Of a stretch of 64,000 nucleotides of DNA, positions 55,706 through 64,000 are shown in pieces. The position numbers were made by a program, and so were the translations under genes. Under the pieces are notes generated by a model. It saw only the letters and a program-made list of their open reading frames with translations, did no database searches and had not been told where the DNA came from. Numbering within the stretch: position 1 is the first letter of the stretch; each line of letters begins with the position of its first letter. The DNA comes from Candidatus Fermentimicrarchaeum limneticum (GTDB lineage Archaea; Micrarchaeota; Micrarchaeia; Burarchaeales; Fermentimicrarchaeaceae): assembly GCA_013426015.1 (NCBI GenBank), contig CP058998.1, positions 920,142 to 984,141 on the forward strand, written 5' to 3'.

Positions 55706-58700
55706 GGCGAACACCCTTAATCTTCGAAGTGTAGTATCTCAACGGCTCAATCGTCAGCTCGTTCCTCTTTACGCATTCAATCGCCTCTGCAATCCCAAAA
55801 GCAGCCTCAATGCTCGTTATACAAGGTATGTTTGCCTCAATTGCAGACCTTCTTATCTTGAAGCCATCAGTCAGCGAATCCTTTCCTTTCTTCGGGGTGT
55901 TCACCACCAGGCTGATTCTCCCGCCGAGAATCTCCGTCCTTATGTTCGGCTCACCCTCGCTGACCTTCTTGACAACCTCCGCGGAATCCCCTATTGCCTT
56001 TGCAGTCCCTTCGGTTGCAACAAGCTCAAATCCTAGGCTTCTGAACCTCTCAGCCAGCTTCCTTGCGTGCTTCCTGTCCTCAGGCCTCAGGCTCAGCGCA
56101 ATCCTGCCTTTTGTGTAAACATCCAGGTTCGCCCCAAGCAGTGCCTTGTAGTAAGCCCTGCCGAAATCCCTGTCTATCCCCATGCTCTCCCCCGTGCTTT
56201 TCATCTCAGGTCCAAGCACGAAATCTGTGCCGGGAAGCTTCAGGAACGGGAAAACAACGCTCTTCACTGCATAGTAGGGAAGCTTTGGCGTGTCAAGCAG
56301 TCCATACTCCCCCAGCTCATGGCCAAGCGCAATTTTCGTCGCAATCTTCGCGAGAGGTATCCCTGTCGCCTTGCTCAGGTATGGCACTGTCCTGCTCGCT
56401 CTGGGGTTTGCCTCAAGCACGAAAACCCTCTCTCCCTGCACCGCGAACTGAATGTTTATCGCTCCGATATTGTTAAGGGCTGATGAAATCCTTCTTGAGT
56501 AGCCAACAATCTTCTTTTGAATCTTCCTACTAAGCTTCACCGGGGGAGTCACGCAGCTCGCATCCCCGGAATGGACGCCCGCCTTCTCAACGTGCTCCAT
56601 CATCCCTCCGATGAACAGTCTTTTCCTGTCAGAAATCCCATCAATCTCGCATTCAATCGCATCCTCAACGTATTTGTCAATCAGCACAGGTCTTTTCTCC
56701 GAAACGTCAACAGCCTCGTGGATATACCTGTTCAACTCCTCAGCGTTGTAGACAATCTGCATGCCCCTTCCAGCAATCACATAGCTCGGCCTCACAACTA
56801 CCGGGTAGCCTATCCTCTCGGCAACCTCAAACGCAACCTCAAAGCTTCTTGCAGTCCCATTCCTAGGCTGCGGAATTTCAAGTTCCTTCAGCAGCTTCCT
56901 GAACCTCTCCCTGTCCTCTGCAATGTCTATCCCCTCAACTCCTGTGCCAAGAATTCTGACTCCCTGCTCGGCAAGCGGCATTGCCAAGTTAATGCTGGTC
57001 TGCCCCCCGAACTGCACTATCACGCCGTCAGGCTCCTCCCTCTCGATTACGTTCATCACATCCTCGAATGCCAATGGTTCAAAGTACAGCTTGTCGCTTG
57101 CGTCAAAGTCAGTGCTAACCGTCTCAGGGTTGTTGTTAATCATTATCGACTGAACCTTCTCCTCCCTCAATGCGAAGGAGGCGTGGCAGCAGCAGTAGTC
57201 AAACTCTATTCCCTGCCCGATTCTTATTGGACCTGCGCCTATCACAATCACTTTCCTCACTCCCTGTGGATTCGCCTCGTCCTCCTGCTCGTAGGTTGAA
57301 TAATAGTAAGGAGTTGACGCCTCGAACTCTGCAGCGCATGTGTCGACGATCTTGTAAACAGGTTTTATCCCTGCAGCCTTCCTGCCTCTCCTCACCTCAA
57401 TTTCCCGAGAGCCAATCAGCTCCGCAATCTGCCTGTCCGAGAAGCCGTATTTCTTTGCTTCTGCAAGGACTTCATCCTTGTAAATTCCCTTTCCAGCCTT
57501 CCTTATCTCCTCCTCCATCTCACAGATGTTCCTAATCTTTCTTATGAACCAAGGATTGATCCCTGAAAGCTCCGCAATCCTTTCAGGCTTCACACCATGC
57601 TTCAGTGCCGCGTATATTGCAAAAAGCCTCAAATCTGTCGGCTTCTCTATATGCTCAAGAATCTCTTTCAAATCCTTGAACCTGCAGTCTGCCAGGCTGC
57701 TCTTCTTCACCTCCCAGCTCCTCACTGCCTTCTGTAAAGCTTCCTCAAAATTCCTCCCTATTGCCATAACCTCCCCTGTGCTCTTCATCTGCGTCCCTAT
57801 CCTCCTGTCAGCTTCCGGCATCTTGTCAAACGGCCAGCGGGGGATTTTAACGACAACATAATCAAGCGCAGGCTCGAAGCTTGCAGGAGTTTTCTTCGTT
57901 ATCGCATTGGGGATTTCATCCAAAGTGTAACCCAACGCAATCTTCGCGGCAACCCTTGCGATGGGGTATCCTGTTGCCTTGCTTGCAAGTGCAGAACTCC
58001 TTGAAAGCCTTGGGTTGACCTCGATAACGTAATACTCCCCAGTCTGCTGGTTCAATGCAAATTGTATGTTGCATCCTCCCTCTATGTTCAGTGCGTTTAT
58101 TATTTTCAGGGAGGCGCTCCTCAGCATCTGGTGGTCGTCATTTGAAAGGGTCTGGGAAGGAGCAACAACAATGCTCTCGCCTGTGTGGATGCCCATCGGG
58201 TCGATGTTCTCCATGTTGCATATCGTTATGCAGTTCCCCCTTCCATCCCTCATAACCTCGTACTCGAATTCCCCCCAGCCGATGACGCTTTCCTCAATCA
58301 ACACCTGCCCTATCCTGCTCAGCCGCATCCCGAACTTCATTCTCTCAACTAGCTCATCCTCGCTGCGGGCCACCCCTCCGCCCGTCCCTCCGAGTGTGTA
58401 TGCCGGCCTAAGGATAAGCGGGTAGCTGTGCGTTCTTGCGAACCCAACCGCCTCCTCAACGCTGTTTGCTGCAACGCTGTCCAGCGCAGGCTCCCCTATC
58501 CTGTTCATCAGCTCTGAGAACTTGCCCCTCTCCGATGCAGTCTCTATAGCATCCACCCCTGTCCCCAGCACCTCCACATCAAACTGCTTCAGGAAGCCCC
58601 TCTCGTAGAGCTGCATCGTCAGATTCAGGCCGGTCTGCCCGCCCATCGTGCCTATTATGCCGTCGGGCTTCTCCTTCTCAACAATCTTCGCAAGCACTCC

Positions 58701-58913
58701 AGGCCTGAGCGGCTCTATGTAAACAACATCCGCAATTTCGTAGTCGGTCTGTATTGTGGCGGGGTTGGAGTTGACCAATACGACCTCAACCCCCTCCTCC
58801 CTAAGCGAGGTGCATGCCTGGGAGCCGGAATAGTCAAACTCAGCGGCCTGTCCTATCACGATGGGACCGCTCCCTATGACAAGCACCTTTTTCAGCTCTT
58901 TTCTCCTTGGCAT
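55698..58913 (-). CDS. carB: Carbamoyl-phosphate synthase large subunit
   Basis: GSGPIVIGQAAEFDYSG, duplicated ATP-grasp halves and MGS domain. Confidence 0.97.
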   Translation of the reverse strand: MPRRKELKKVLVIGSGPIVIGQAAEFDYSGSQACTSLREEGVEVVLVNSNPATIQTDYEIADVVYIEPLRPGVLAKIVEKEKPDGIIGTMGGQTGLNLTMQLYERGFLKQFDVEVLGTGVDAIETASERGKFSELMNRIGEPALDSVAANSVEEAVGFARTHSYPLILRPAYTLGGTGGGVARSEDELVERMKFGMRLSRIGQVLIEESVIGWGEFEYEVMRDGRGNCITICNMENIDPMGIHTGESIVVAPSQTLSNDDHQMLRSASLKIINALNIEGGCNIQFALNQQTGEYYVIEVNPRLSRSSALASKATGYPIARVAAKIALGYTLDEIPNAITKKTPASFEPALDYVVVKIPRWPFDKMPEADRRIGTQMKSTGEVMAIGRNFEEALQKAVRSWEVKKSSLADCRFKDLKEILEHIEKPTDLRLFAIYAALKHGVKPERIAELSGINPWFIRKIRNICEMEEEIRKAGKGIYKDEVLAEAKKYGFSDRQIAELIGSREIEVRRGRKAAGIKPVYKIVDTCAAEFEASTPYYYSTYEQEDEANPQGVRKVIVIGAGPIRIGQGIEFDYCCCHASFALREEKVQSIMINNNPETVSTDFDASDKLYFEPLAFEDVMNVIEREEPDGVIVQFGGQTSINLAMPLAEQGVRILGTGVEGIDIAEDRERFRKLLKELEIPQPRNGTARSFEVAFEVAERIGYPVVVRPSYVIAGRGMQIVYNAEELNRYIHEAVDVSEKRPVLIDKYVEDAIECEIDGISDRKRLFIGGMMEHVEKAGVHSGDASCVTPPVKLSRKIQKKIVGYSRRISSALNNIGAINIQFAVQGERVFVLEANPRASRTVPYLSKATGIPLAKIATKIALGHELGEYGLLDTPKLPYYAVKSVVFPFLKLPGTDFVLGPEMKSTGESMGIDRDFGRAYYKALLGANLDVYTKGRIALSLRPEDRKHARKLAERFRSLGFELVATEGTAKAIGDSAEVVKKVSEGEPNIRTEILGGRISLVVNTPKKGKDSLTDGFKIRRSAIEANIPCITSIEAAFGIAEAIECVKRNELTIEPLRYYTSKIKGVRHA

Positions 58914-59082
58914 CTATCCACCTAGAACGGAGCTTCCGCTGGATTCAAAGTTAAATGGGATACGCCTCGCCAGAACCGGAATCCATCTGCCTGCCTGCAA
59001 AAAACCCACCAGAAATTTGAATGCTTCTCTTTTTAAACCTTGCTAGCTTCTGCTATGCAAAACTGCATTTGAGAATAAGGAA

Positions 59083-60420
59083 TTACTTTTTTGCAGGGTA
59101 CTTAGCCAGAAACTCTGAAATCACTTGCTCTATCCCGTAGCTTCCCTTCTCCTTCAGCTCGTACCTTGCCCTCACCATCGGCTTGTCAACAACGAGCACC
59201 CTTCTCAGGTCAATCGGGGTTGCAGACAGCACCGTATCGCAGTCCGCCGCGTTAATAGTCGCCTCAAGCTCCTTGACCTGCTTCCTCCCGTACCCCATTG
59301 CAGGAAGCACGTTGCTCAGGTGGGAGTATTTCTGGAACGTCTTCTTTATTGACCCGACCGCATATGGTCTTGGGTCAATTATCTCCTTCGCCCCAATCCT
59401 CTTCGCGACAACAAACCCTGCACCGTATTTCATTTCACCGTGAGTCACTGTGGGTCCATCCTCAATTACGAGCACTCTCTTCCCCTTCACCATGCTCGGG
59501 TTGTCCACGGTGATTTCTGAATCCGCCTCAATTATCTTTGCGTGGGGGTTCAGCATCTTAACATTATCTTTCACAAGCTCGATATTCTTCTTCTCAGCGC
59601 TGTCCACCTTGTTTATCACAACAACATCGGCAAGCCTCACGTTTGTTTCACCAGGATAGTAGAGCAGCTCATGCCCCGCCCTGTGGGGGTCTGCCACAAC
59701 TATGCTCAGGTCAGGCTTTATGAAGCTCGTATCATTGTTCCCCCCATCCCAAACAATCACGTCAGCTTCTTTCTCTGCTTCTCTCAGAATCTTCTCATAA
59801 TCCACCCCTGCAAAAACAACCGTGCCATTGTCTATGTGCGGCTCGTACTCCTCCCTCTCTTCAATTGTCGTCTTGTGCTTGTCCAGATCCTTGTACGTCT
59901 CGAACCTCTGCCAGGTCTGCTCCTTCAAATCACCATATGGCATGGGATGCCTTATGGCAACAGCCCTCAACCCCTTCTGCTTCAGCACTTTACATACCTT
60001 CCTAGAAGTCTGGCTCTTGCCACTGCCTGTCCTGACTGCGCACACTGAAATAACAGGCTTTGTTGACCTCAGGTAAGTTCTCTCAACCCCGATAATCTTG
60101 AAATCCGCTCCTGCTGCGTTGGCTATGCTGGCCTTGTGCATCACAGTAACGTAATTCAGGTCACTGTAAGCCAAATCAACCTGCTCAACTTTGTTTTTCT
60201 TTATCAAATCCGTAAGCTCGCTCTCGGCGTAAATGGGAATCCCCTTCGGGTAGTTCTTCCCCGCCAGCTCGGGAGGGTAAATCCTACCTTCAATATCCGG
60301 TATCTGTGCAGCTGTGAAAGCCACAACCTCATACCTGTCGTCATTCCTGTACAGCAAATTGAAGTTGTGGAAATCGCGGCCCGCAGCCCCGACGATAATG
60401 ACTTTGGTCTTCTTCTCCAT
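59083..60420 (-). CDS. COG2403 P-loop protein (arginine synthetase ArcE / cyclic 2,3-DPG synthetase family)
   Basis: GAAGRDFHNFN, VRTGSGKSQ, RHPMPYG, EEREEYE, DGGNND, EDGPT.THG and LPAMGY motifs. Confidence 0.85.
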   Translation of the reverse strand: MEKKTKVIIVGAAGRDFHNFNLLYRNDDRYEVVAFTAAQIPDIEGRIYPPELAGKNYPKGIPIYAESELTDLIKKNKVEQVDLAYSDLNYVTVMHKASIANAAGADFKIIGVERTYLRSTKPVISVCAVRTGSGKSQTSRKVCKVLKQKGLRAVAIRHPMPYGDLKEQTWQRFETYKDLDKHKTTIEEREEYEPHIDNGTVVFAGVDYEKILREAEKEADVIVWDGGNNDTSFIKPDLSIVVADPHRAGHELLYYPGETNVRLADVVVINKVDSAEKKNIELVKDNVKMLNPHAKIIEADSEITVDNPSMVKGKRVLVIEDGPTVTHGEMKYGAGFVVAKRIGAKEIIDPRPYAVGSIKKTFQKYSHLSNVLPAMGYGRKQVKELEATINAADCDTVLSATPIDLRRVLVVDKPMVRARYELKEKGSYGIEQVISEFLAKYPAKK

Positions 60421-60508
60421 AAACTCACCGAATATCTTTATGCCGTAAAAGTTAATAACTCTTCCCAGACTGAAACGCATATTAACTCCGGATGAGAAAA
60501 AAATAAGC

Positions 60509-61612
60509 ATGGAGAAAGAGCTACAGCCGAATAAGCCAATGAAGGATGCACTAGCCAGCTACGGACCCAAAACAGAGCACGCATTGGCATCAAGGCTTGG
60601 CGAGAAAAGGCTGGAGCTCCATGGGGCAGCTGCGAAAATCATAAATGCCGATAATAAGGATTTGACGATTTTTTACCCTGCGTCTGGTCCAGATGTTGCG
60701 AATGTGCTGCCATCAACGCACGCAACCAAGATAATACTAGCAGATAAAGACCAGCACACATCGAACATAATAAAAGAAATAAAGGATATTGGGGGAAGCA
60801 TCCAAAAAGTATCCTATTCAGGGAATAAAAGTGAGATAGATTTCGAATGGGAGGGGAAGAGCAGGAAAGTCATTTTCTACCACCTTGAGATTGACAAGAA
60901 CTCTATTGACAAGCTGATGGGAGAAGTTGGGCATTATGATGTGTACTTTGAGAAGAAATCCCAGGATCTTGGCAGTCCCGAAATCCTGGAGAAGTTCATG
61001 GGCAATCTTAAGAATGGAGGTCATGCAGTCCTGGATTATGATGCTGACAATCACATAGGACTTGAGAAAGAGCCGCTTGACAAGAAGTATGATGGAGAAG
61101 ATTACTGGTATGGTCATCACAGGATGAAAATATACCGCAAACAAAGGAACGTGCGGGGCATGGGGCTAAGGCTGAACCTAAATAGGACATTATCTGATGC
61201 GGAATACACGCGAAATGGGGGGTATATTGGAATAGACGAGAAAGCTTACGAACCTACATTTAAGGTCTACAGGCAGCAACTGATGGAATTGAAGAATGTA
61301 TTTGATGCAATTCAAGCTGAGAGCAAGGAAGAACTGCAGGAAAAAGTGAGTATTAAAGCAGAGATTATAGAACGGCTTTACAAGGCGAAGGGCGATATGT
61401 CAATGGTTTTGGATTCCCCTGAGAACCTACAGAAGCAATTAAAACATCTAATTCAAATGAGAGCAATTTCAGCCGAGTCGCACGAGATTTTTGCGGAAAG
61501 AATCAGAGAGGCGTACAACTCTCCTGACAGGCCAACAGAGCAACAGCTCGAGAAATTTATAGAAGATGGAAGAAAAATCTTCAGAGAAGTCTTCATTGAT
61601 TGGGTTGTTTAG
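60509..61612 (+). CDS. Hypothetical protein, possibly methyltransferase-fold N-domain
   Basis: IFYPASGPD, ILAD and LKNGGHAVLD segments. Confidence 0.5.
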   Translation: MEKELQPNKPMKDALASYGPKTEHALASRLGEKRLELHGAAAKIINADNKDLTIFYPASGPDVANVLPSTHATKIILADKDQHTSNIIKEIKDIGGSIQKVSYSGNKSEIDFEWEGKSRKVIFYHLEIDKNSIDKLMGEVGHYDVYFEKKSQDLGSPEILEKFMGNLKNGGHAVLDYDADNHIGLEKEPLDKKYDGEDYWYGHHRMKIYRKQRNVRGMGLRLNLNRTLSDAEYTRNGGYIGIDEKAYEPTFKVYRQQLMELKNVFDAIQAESKEELQEKVSIKAEIIERLYKAKGDMSMVLDSPENLQKQLKHLIQMRAISAESHEIFAERIREAYNSPDRPTEQQLEKFIEDGRKIFREVFIDWVV

Positions 61613-62049
61613 GCAGGCCCCTGCTTATCAGATTTCTCAGGTTTCTTTTTCTTCTCCTTCCCCTCAGGCGCCATCTCCACCCTCACTCTTGGCAACTGCA
61701 TAGGCGGAGTCAGTCTTACGGGCTGAACAACAAACGTGCCGTTCACCCCGCAGGTGTAGTTTATCGTGTTGAGCACAACCTCGGCGAAGTCCTCAGGAAG
61801 CTTCTTTGACTTCTTCCACATTTCCTCAATCTCCTTCGCCTTGTTCTTCTCCTCGCTTGCGTAAAGCACCCCCATCATCTTGAGTTTGCCTATTTTATCC
61901 AAGTAATCCACGATGAACGTGTACTGAATTGTTATCTCATCCCCTCTCACAGCCACATCATCCACTCCTATGTTTATGCTCAGACCTTCCACTGGACCCT
62001 CCTTGTCTCTCTTTGCCTCGGCATAGACAATCTTTCCACCCGTTATCAT
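61609..62049 (-). CDS. Archaeal hypothetical protein (possible SecB-like fold)
   Basis: Four beta strands, two helices and LTPP; RBS GAGGTGA. Confidence 0.6.
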   Translation of the reverse strand: MITGGKIVYAEAKRDKEGPVEGLSINIGVDDVAVRGDEITIQYTFIVDYLDKIGKLKMMGVLYASEEKNKAKEIEEMWKKSKKLPEDFAEVVLNTINYTCGVNGTFVVQPVRLTPPMQLPRVRVEMAPEGKEKKKKPEKSDKQGPA

Positions 62050-62058
62050 TTTCTCACC

Positions 62059-62736
62059 TCAAATTTGTATTCTACCGCCAACTTTCATCAGAATTGGCTT
62101 GACCTTCTTGCTCTCAATCTCTCTGATGAATTCACTCACGTTCTGCCTTATCTTTTCAGAAGTGTTATAATGCATTGGTATAATATACTTGCAGTTCAGC
62201 TCCTTTGCAGCCTTTTCTGCAGAGTACACATCCATTGTATACGTGCCACCTATGGGGATGAGCGCATAATCCGCATAAATATCAAACATCCCCCCGAACT
62301 CGTAGGTATCTCCTGCGTGATATACGCTTCTGCCGCCCTTCTTTATGATGTAGCCGACCGGGCATTCCGACTGCGGGTGGACCGCCTGCACCACCTTCAC
62401 TTCAACTCCTTTAACAACAAAATTCTCTCCCGCAACCGCCTCCATTTTATTCGAGCTTGGAATATCCAGCTCCTTCAGCACTGCGTGCGGCGCAATCACC
62501 AGCGCGTTTGTCCTGCCCACAATCGTCTCAACGGTGCTCTTCTCAAAATGGTCTCTGTGCTCATGCGTTATCATTATGAGGTCCGCCTTGTCCACCTCGC
62601 CTGGCCTGAGCGGAGCTGCTATCTCCCTGCGCATTCCGCCGACTTCGGTTCCCTCCAGAAATGGGTCTATGTATATGACTACACCTCCAAGCTCCACTTC
62701 AAACCCGGAGTGACCCAGATACCATATAGAGCCCAT
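62059..62736 (-). CDS. Metal-dependent hydrolase, MBL fold (UPF0173-like)
   Basis: LGHSGF, IDPF, THEHRDH, YHAGDT, PIGG.YTM and IPMHY motifs. Confidence 0.9.
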   Translation of the reverse strand: MGSIWYLGHSGFEVELGGVVIYIDPFLEGTEVGGMRREIAAPLRPGEVDKADLIMITHEHRDHFEKSTVETIVGRTNALVIAPHAVLKELDIPSSNKMEAVAGENFVVKGVEVKVVQAVHPQSECPVGYIIKKGGRSVYHAGDTYEFGGMFDIYADYALIPIGGTYTMDVYSAEKAAKELNCKYIIPMHYNTSEKIRQNVSEFIREIESKKVKPILMKVGGRIQI

Positions 62737-62798
62737 AAACTCCCTGCATTTATAAAGCAGGTTGAAAATTTAAATATACATACTGTTTAAATGACTTT

Positions 62799-63575
62799 AT
62801 GAGGAAATTGGGCGTTTTACTCGCTTTACTGCTGTTAGCGGTTGCCGTGAAGGCAGACTTCTACGATCTTTCGCTTAATGTAACAGCCAAGGTCAACCTC
62901 AACGGCTCTTTGCACGTCACCGAGTTAGTGAAGCTTTCGATGGACCCGAGTTCCGAAGACTTATACACGAGGAGCTTCTACTCCACAGAACTGACGATAA
63001 TGGACTGGCAGCAGATAACGAAGAGCCAGTACCTCCGGCAGCACATCCTCTCATCTTACGCAACGAGGAACTTCAGGGTCGCACCCGAAGACCTGACACG
63101 CTACTCATTTTCAGAGCTTTCAACAGCAGTAATAAAACTGGAGTACGATGTGGATGGGGTGGTGCTGGTAAATCAGACCGGACCCCGGACTCTCAGCTAT
63201 ACGTTTAACAGATCCGCCTTATCCTTCCAACCATCTCCGAGCGGGCAGATGCTTCCAAAGAACAATGCACTCGCTATAATCATACCCCCGGATTCGATAG
63301 TGACCAGCATCTCACCAGACCCGACAGAGCCCGCAATAACAAGGGACTACCTTGACCAGGTTAGGGGGGTGAGCGCGTTCGCGTGGAAGGGAACGGTTCC
63401 AATAAATGATTTCACACTGGTTTTCGTTCGCGAGGAGCCAATTGACGTTGAAGTCAGGAGCTTCTTTGAAAATGTCGAGAGCGGTTTCCTAAACTTCATA
63501 CTCTCAGCCCCCGGAATAATCATAACGCTGCTGGTACTGCTGACTGTCGCTTACTTGGCTCTGAGCAAGAGGTAA
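62799..63575 (+). CDS. Secreted, C-terminally membrane-anchored protein
   Basis: Signal peptide and C-terminal TM helix. Confidence 0.75.
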   Translation: MRKLGVLLALLLLAVAVKADFYDLSLNVTAKVNLNGSLHVTELVKLSMDPSSEDLYTRSFYSTELTIMDWQQITKSQYLRQHILSSYATRNFRVAPEDLTRYSFSELSTAVIKLEYDVDGVVLVNQTGPRTLSYTFNRSALSFQPSPSGQMLPKNNALAIIIPPDSIVTSISPDPTEPAITRDYLDQVRGVSAFAWKGTVPINDFTLVFVREEPIDVEVRSFFENVESGFLNFILSAPGIIITLLVLLTVAYLALSKR

Positions 63576-63579
63576 GCTT

Positions 63580-64000
63580 ATGCTGCATCAGTATGAAAGG
63601 CTCGTCCTGCTCTCGCTCAGACAGGGCGGCAAGACACTTGAGGAAATCTCGCATGACACGAAACTCAACAGAGATTCCGCCAGCAGGGCTTGCTACTGGT
63701 TGAAGGAGAAGGGAGCTGTTGACATCCACGAGACCTCAGAGCAGAGCTTCAGGCTTGGAGAGGAGGGGAAGAGATTCCTGCAGTACGGCTTTCCCGAATT
63801 CAACCTTATAAAAAAGGTCAGGGAAGGCAAGAGCTTTGAGAAGCTTAGCGAGGAGGAGAAGAGAGTAGGCCTTTCCTGGGCGAAGAGAAAAGGATGGGTT
63901 GACATTAAGGAAGGCAGGCTCGCTCTGGCGAGCGAGGGGGAGAGAGCGCTGAAGGAAGGACATCCTGAGGAAACTGTGCTTCGCAAGGTTTCTGAAAATA
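63580..64000 (+). CDS. pheS: Phenylalanine-tRNA ligase alpha subunit (partial, runs off the right edge)
   Basis: Manual translation MLHQYERLVL...LGEEGKRFLQYGFPE...GLSWAKRKGWV matches the archaeal N-terminal wHTH region. Confidence 0.85.
   Translation, partial: MLHQYERLVLLSLRQGGKTLEEISHDTKLNRDSASRACYWLKEKGAVDIHETSEQSFRLGEEGKRFLQYGFPEFNLIKKVREGKSFEKLSEEEKRVGLSWAKRKGWVDIKEGRLALASEGERALKEGHPEETVLRKVSEN

Overview
Archaeal chromosomal window. Thermosome, PolB, TFE, aTrm56, class I LysRS, archaeal PheRS-alpha and four intron-containing tRNAs support this; a DPANN/Micrarchaeota-like host is my inference only. The backbone is housekeeping with broad de novo nucleotide synthesis (pyrBI, pyrDKE, carAB, purSLQ, a PurD-like ligase). 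Four accessory features stand out. (1) An approximately 11 kb signalling locus (38.3-49.0 kb): six tandem stand-alone V4R proteins behind a wHTH regulator, plus Roadblock, FIST, ACT and KaiC-like proteins, two FAD oxidoreductases and a truncated geranylgeranyl-reductase scar. (2) An intact TnpB, and 2.1 kb away a 268-bp non-coding IS200/IS605 derivative that joins the tnpB promoter to an omegaRNA scaffold with compensatory stem changes and a different guide, next to a lone Cas2-like gene. (3) A CG-rich non-oxidative pentose-phosphate cassette flanked by a diverged 140-bp direct repeat of the prs/hxlB junction. (4) A membrane-anchored protein with 16 cystine-knot-like repeats. All calls come from reading motifs by eye; no database search was run.
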